Below, piece by piece: positions 7,794-11,392 of a DNA stretch of 11,392 bases. Position 1 is the first letter of the stretch; each line of letters opens with the position of its first letter. Made by a program: the position numbers and the translations under genes. Origin of the DNA: Spirulina sp. (GTDB taxonomy: Bacteria; Cyanobacteriota; Cyanobacteriia; Phormidesmidales; Phormidesmidaceae); assembly GCA_044070495.1 (NCBI GenBank), contig JBIPSI010000064.1, forward strand, positions 1 through 11,392, given 5' to 3'. The notes under the pieces are model-generated. The model was not told where the DNA came from. It saw nothing but the letters and a program-made list of their open reading frames with translations, and did not search any database.

Positions 7794-8687
7794 ATGACAG
7801 ACGCAAACCAGGCCAATGTTTCCAAGACTGAGTTCCCCAATGGATTCCCCCATGCGGTCAGTGCTGAATGGCTAGCCGCCCACCTGAACGATCCCCAGGT
7901 GGTGGTGATAGACTGCCGCTTTTCCCTGGCCGACCCACAACTGGGTCAGCAACAATACGATGCCGGACACATCCCCGGAGCCTGGTACCTCAATTTAGAT
8001 CAAGACCTCTCCAGCCCGGTACAAGCCCATGGGGGTCGTCATCCCCTGCCCGATTGGGATGCCTTCTGTCAGCGCCTCGAACAGATGGGGGTATCCTCGA
8101 CTTCGCCCCAAGGCCCCACCCAGGTTGTCATTTATGATGCCTCACGGTTTGCCTTTGCCTCGCGCCTATGGTGGATGCTGAAATACCTCGGCCACGATGC
8201 CGTGGCGGTGCTGGATGGCGGCTGGAACGCATGGCAACAGGGCGGCTATGCCGTGAGCACCGAAGTTCCCGAACCCCGATCTGGCCAGTTCATCCCCCGT
8301 CCCCAGGCGGGTTGGCTTGTCGATATCGACCATGTGCGCCGCCGCAAGGATGACCCGGGGGTGCGGCTGATTGACTCCCGCGAACCGGCCCGTTACCGGG
8401 GTGAAGTGGAACCCATCGACCCCGTGGCCGGACACATTCCCGGTGCCAGCAACCAGTGTTGGCAAGAGGTATCCACCCCAGAGGGCTACCTCCTACCCGC
8501 CGCTGAACAGTCTCAACGCTGGGACAGCCTAACGGAGGCCGAAGAAACCATCGTCTACTGCGGATCGGGGGTCACCGCCTGTGTCAACTTGCTCTCCCAA
8601 GCCATGGCCGACAAGCCCTTGGCTAAACTCTACGTCGGCGGCTGGAGCGACTGGTGTTCCTACCCGATGACAACCCCAGACGCCTAA
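7794..8687 (+). CDS. sseA: Sulfurtransferase (tandem rhodanese; 3-mercaptopyruvate/thiosulfate sulfurtransferase, SseA-like), 297 aa
   Basis: Two GHIPGA motifs, GGRHPLP, RLWW, LDGG, active-site loop CGSGVTAC and C-terminal LYVGGWSDW. Confidence 0.93.
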   Translation: MTDANQANVSKTEFPNGFPHAVSAEWLAAHLNDPQVVVIDCRFSLADPQLGQQQYDAGHIPGAWYLNLDQDLSSPVQAHGGRHPLPDWDAFCQRLEQMGVSSTSPQGPTQVVIYDASRFAFASRLWWMLKYLGHDAVAVLDGGWNAWQQGGYAVSTEVPEPRSGQFIPRPQAGWLVDIDHVRRRKDDPGVRLIDSREPARYRGEVEPIDPVAGHIPGASNQCWQEVSTPEGYLLPAAEQSQRWDSLTEAEETIVYCGSGVTACVNLLSQAMADKPLAKLYVGGWSDWCSYPMTTPDA

Positions 8688-8827
8688 TCAAACTAATCTA
8701 TCAGGAGGCTAACGATACAAGGGCGGCCCAGGTACCGCGCCATAACCGCTTTTTAGTCACCGTCACGCCATCCCATGATCATTCACCAGTTGATGAGTGG
8801 GTTACCCATGATGATGCTTGCCTAATC

Positions 8828-8861
8828 TCAGCCCATTGAGGCAGATGCGCCCCAGGGCTGA
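8828..8861. terminator. Hairpin between convergent sseA and vapC
   Basis: TCAGCCC (8828-8834) / GGGCTGA (8855-8861) with inner GGC/GCC pairing. No strong U tract. Confidence 0.3.
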
Positions 8862-8903
8862 AACCAATCGCCTAAGTTGTTGCCGTTTTTTGTCAAGCAA
8901 GGC

Positions 8904-9308
8904 CTATCGATTCACCCAGTTTTCTAGGCGCAATTCGGGAATGCGCTGAAACTCATCAGTATTGTTGGTTACTAGGATGAGATTCCGAGCGATGGCCTGG
9001 GCTGCAATCAGCATGTCCATTGCCCCAATAATTGAACCCTGCCGCGACAGCAAGGCTCTAAGTTGACCATAGGCTTGGGTTGCCGCTAGGTCAAAGGCCA
9101 GAATCTCCAACGGCAGTAAGAATTGCTGGAGGGCGGCTCGGTTGGCCTCGGTCTGCTGGCTTCTGTAGGCACCATACTCTAGCTCAGCCACGGTGATGGC
9201 AGAAACGCCAATGTCCAGCGGCCTATGGGTGTTGAAGCGATCTCGTACCTCTGGCGGCTTGCGTTTGATGATGTAGATGCAGATGTTGGTATCGAGCAGG
9301 TATTTCAT
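8904..9308 (-). CDS. vapC: Type II TA toxin VapC (PIN-domain RNase, tRNA-fMet-cleaving type by resemblance), 134 aa
   Basis: MKYLLDTNICIY, AELEYG, IGAMDMLIAAQA and LVTNN..EF.RI..L.LENW; acidic PIN residues are present. Confidence 0.95.
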   Translation of the reverse strand: MKYLLDTNICIYIIKRKPPEVRDRFNTHRPLDIGVSAITVAELEYGAYRSQQTEANRAALQQFLLPLEILAFDLAATQAYGQLRALLSRQGSIIGAMDMLIAAQAIARNLILVTNNTDEFQRIPELRLENWVNR

Positions 9309-9538
9309 TCAAACAACGGCTCCCGATCCTCCAAGGGCGGCTGTTCGCGGGTTGCCATAAAGTCATCCGTGAAGTGGCTGAGGCTGTCAAACAGAGGTTG
9401 CCAGGGCTGATCGGTGCTGAGCAGGACGATAGCATTACCCACTTTTTTGATGTAGACCTCTGTACCGTTGAGATGGAAAGCCGCAGGCAAAACCACAACC
9501 TGGCCATTTTCGCTTGTCAGTAATGGGGTGGTTTCCAT
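9305..9538 (-). CDS. vapB: Type II TA antitoxin VapB (AbrB/MazE-like), 77 aa
   Basis: ATG 9538 with AGAGG upstream (shorter than the 100-aa ORF call). GQ.V.LP..F...G.EVYIKKVGNAIVL...PW..LF.SL pattern. ATGA overlap with vapC at 9305-9308. Confidence 0.92.
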   Translation of the reverse strand: METTPLLTSENGQVVVLPAAFHLNGTEVYIKKVGNAIVLLSTDQPWQPLFDSLSHFTDDFMATREQPPLEDREPLFE

Positions 9539-9629
9539 GGCTAAACCTCTGGGCGACTTACCTCTAGGGTACTGGTTTCTCCAGGCCGGATGATCTCCTT
9601 GGGCCATTCCATCTCAACGACCCTCTCAG

Positions 9630-9693
9630 AGAAACCCGGTTTCTGGCCACCGCTAGGGATCTGGGCTGGGCTACCCCAAGAAACCGGGTTTCT
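9630..9693. repeat. REP/REPIN-like doublet of 15-bp imperfect palindromes
   Basis: AGAAACCCGGTTTCT (9630-9644) and its exact reverse complement AGAAACCGGGTTTCT (9679-9693), separated by 34 nt and ending 9 bp from the WD40 stop codon. Confidence 0.85.
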
Positions 9694-9702
9694 ACCCCCC
9701 GC

Positions 9703-11022
9703 CTACCGCCAAGCCGACCGCTCACAGGTGCGCCGCGCCAGCCGTGCGGTTTCATCGGTCTTGCTGTTGTCCACAAGGTAGGGGCGAATGCGGTTGCAGG
9801 TATAAGTCACCCAGGCTGCCCCTGGCTTCCACACTTGTCTCGCCCACAGTGTGCCATTTTCATCGAAACTGACGATAGTTTCCCCATTCGGGTTGATGCC
9901 AACAGAACTAATCGTTACCAAATGGTCTCGGAAGGGTGGCGCAATGGGACGACCCTGGCGATCCCACAGCCGCACCGCGCCATCCTTACTGCTACTGCCG
10001 ATAGTATTCCCATCCGGGCTGATGGCAACAGAACTGATCCAACCCTGATGGCCCCGAAAAGGCTCTCCGATGGGCTGGCCTCGGCGATTCCACATCCGCA
10101 CCGTGCCATCCTCACCGCCACTGATGATGGTCTCCCCATCCAGACTGAGAGCCACAGACCTAACCCAACCCTGATGGCCCCGAAAAGGCTCTCCGATGGG
10201 CTGGCCTCGGCGATCCCACATCCGCACCGTGCCATCCTCACCGCCACTGATGATGGTCTCCCCATCCAGACTGAGAGCCACAGAACTGATCGTTCCCGAA
10301 TGACCCGGGAAGGGTGGTGCGATGGGCTGGCCTCGGCGATTCCACAACTGCACTGTGCCATCCTCACCGCCACTGATGATGGTCTCCCCATCCGGACTGA
10401 AAGCTACAGAACTGACTTGATCCTGATGACCTTTGAAGGGCTCAGCAGTAGGATGGCCTTGGCGATCCAGCATCCGCACCGTGCCATCTTCACCACCAAT
10501 GACGAGGGCGTCCCCATTCGGGCTGCGTGCCTCAGGTAGAACCCAAGCTGGGCCCGATGGTGCAACGGGCTGGCCTTGGCGATCCCACAGCCGCACTGTG
10601 CCATCAGACCCTCCACTGATGATAGTTTCCCCATCTGAGCTAAGGGCCACAGACATGCCCCAACCCGAATGACCCTTGAAAGGTAGTGCAATGGGCTGGC
10701 CTTGGCGGTTCCACAGCCGTACCATGCCATCCAGACCACCACTGGCGATAGTATTGCCATCTGCACTAAGGGCCACAGACATGACCCTATCTGAATGCCC
10801 CTGAAAGGGGGGGGCAACAGGCTGGCCTTGGCGGTTCCACAGCCGTACCGTGCCATCCTCACCACCACTGACGATAGTATTACCATCCGTGCTGAGAGCT
10901 ACAGACGTGACCCTATCTGAATGCCCCTGAAAGGGAGGTGCAACAGGCTGGCCTTGGCGGTTCCACAGCCGTACCATGCCATCCAGGCCACCACTGACGA
11001 TAGTATTGCCATCTGCACTAAG
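9703..11022 (-). pseudogene. 5'-truncated WD40-repeat protein (about 9.5 repeats plus C-terminal Cys-containing tail)
   Basis: 42-aa GH...WD/WN repeats. Similarity starts abruptly mid-repeat (LSADGNTIVSGG at 11022). The in-frame 78 codons upstream overlap unrelated gene fragments and have no convincing start. The frame is open, so a translated chimera cannot be excluded. Confidence 0.8.
9950..11022. repeat. 126-bp tandem coding repeats (WD40 units) with high DNA identity
   Basis: 10039-10158 and 10165-10284 differ at 1 of 120 positions by eye. A second sub-family of similar units lies at ~10650-11022. Confidence 0.93.
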
Positions 11023-11170
11023 AGGATATTTGGAAAGTAGCAATTGGCACAGAGTGACCCGGAACGCAGAAAAGGCTTCCTCGGTATTAGGCTCAGAGTA
11101 ACGAACACTGTAGCTCCTTGGAAGCCATAGTTTAATTGCCTCCTTGTTAAGAGTACAGCATCCTCTCCTC

Positions 11171-11209
11171 ATCAAGAGCGGTTTTATCATCGTGACAATG
11201 GCGGTGTAA
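11171..11209 (-). pseudogene. Fragment resembling the C-terminal HNH motif of a group II intron reverse transcriptase/maturase
   Basis: LHRHCHDDKTALD matches the recalled cyanobacterial intron-encoded protein ending LLHRHCHDxKTAxD. Only 13 codons long. Confidence 0.6.
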
Positions 11210-11215
11210 TATGAA

Positions 11216-11341
11216 GCCGATACAGCTTGTACCCACAAACAGGGCATAGTCAGCAATACCGTTAGCCGTTGGCCATTCGGCGATCGCCATATTCTTCCCC
11301 TTAACGGGTCTTACGCCCTTGTCATGACGCAAGTTTTGGGA
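11216..11341 (-). pseudogene. hsdR: Internal fragment of a type I restriction endonuclease R subunit (EcoKI-like HsdR nuclease domain)
   Basis: SQNLRHDKGVRPVKGKNMAIAEWPTANGIADYALFVGTSCIG matches the HsdR LR..KG.RP..G.N.AIAEWPT...ADY.LFVG segment. Ends just before the expected EAK. Confidence 0.85.
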
Positions 11342-11343
11342 AA

Positions 11344-11391
11344 TCCAGAAACCAATAATAAATCAAGCATTCTGTGTGGTTCTTCTCGGCG
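11344..11391 (-). pseudogene. Fragment resembling tRNA hydroxylase MiaE, running off the window edge
   Basis: RREEPHRMLDLLLVSG resembles the MiaE segment R..EP.RLLD.LLV.GLIEARS and breaks before LIEARS. Only 16 codons are visible. Confidence 0.5.
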
Positions 11392-11392
11392 G

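Noticed and set aside
9539..9607. Longer 100-aa VapB start at 9607
   Set aside because: Family similarity and an SD point to ATG 9538, which gives a typical VapB length.
9835..10539. 234-aa repetitive + strand ORF and other alternative-frame ORFs in the WD40 region
   Set aside because: Shadows of the 126-bp repeats: one stop-free unit propagates through the copies.
10807..10814. G8 homopolymer as a phase-variation switch in the WD40 gene
   Set aside because: Short tract explained by Ala-Pro-Pro codons, in frame, in a gene that already appears truncated.
9950..11022. CRISPR array or DGR template/variable repeat pair
   Set aside because: Repeats are contiguous in-frame 126-bp coding units without unique spacers; differences are not adenine-specific and no intact RT or cas gene is in the window.
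11023..11256. N-terminal 78 aa of the 517-aa WD40 ORF as a genuine domain
   Set aside because: Overlaps hsdR-like and HNH-like fragments in another frame, lacks an in-frame SD/start pair, and joins the WD40 region mid-repeat.

Overview
GC-rich DNA from a cyanobacterium (CGLD27/Ycf36 next to asparaginase, heptamer STRR-like repeat, AGAAACC(C/G)GGTTTCT palindromes); no strain assignment attempted. Positions 1-8.9 kb are mostly core genes: class 3 asparaginase, CGLD27/Ycf36, a two-HKD PLD-family protein resembling cyanobacterial ComA but lacking the HhH tail, oligopeptidase A, two hypothetical proteins and a rhodanese-type sulfurtransferase. The ~950 bp gap between the PLD gene and prlC holds a candidate ~350-nt structured RNA with its own promoter and terminator and mutually exclusive helices. 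Positions 8.9-11.4 kb are accessory: a vapBC pair, a REPIN-like palindrome doublet and a 5'-truncated WD40 gene of near-identical 126-bp repeats. In place of that gene's 5' part is a ~370 bp patchwork of short fragments resembling unrelated genes (miaE, type I hsdR, group II intron HNH tail). The patchwork and the candidate RNA most deserve follow-up. All family assignments come from motif recognition by eye; no searches or folding programs were run.
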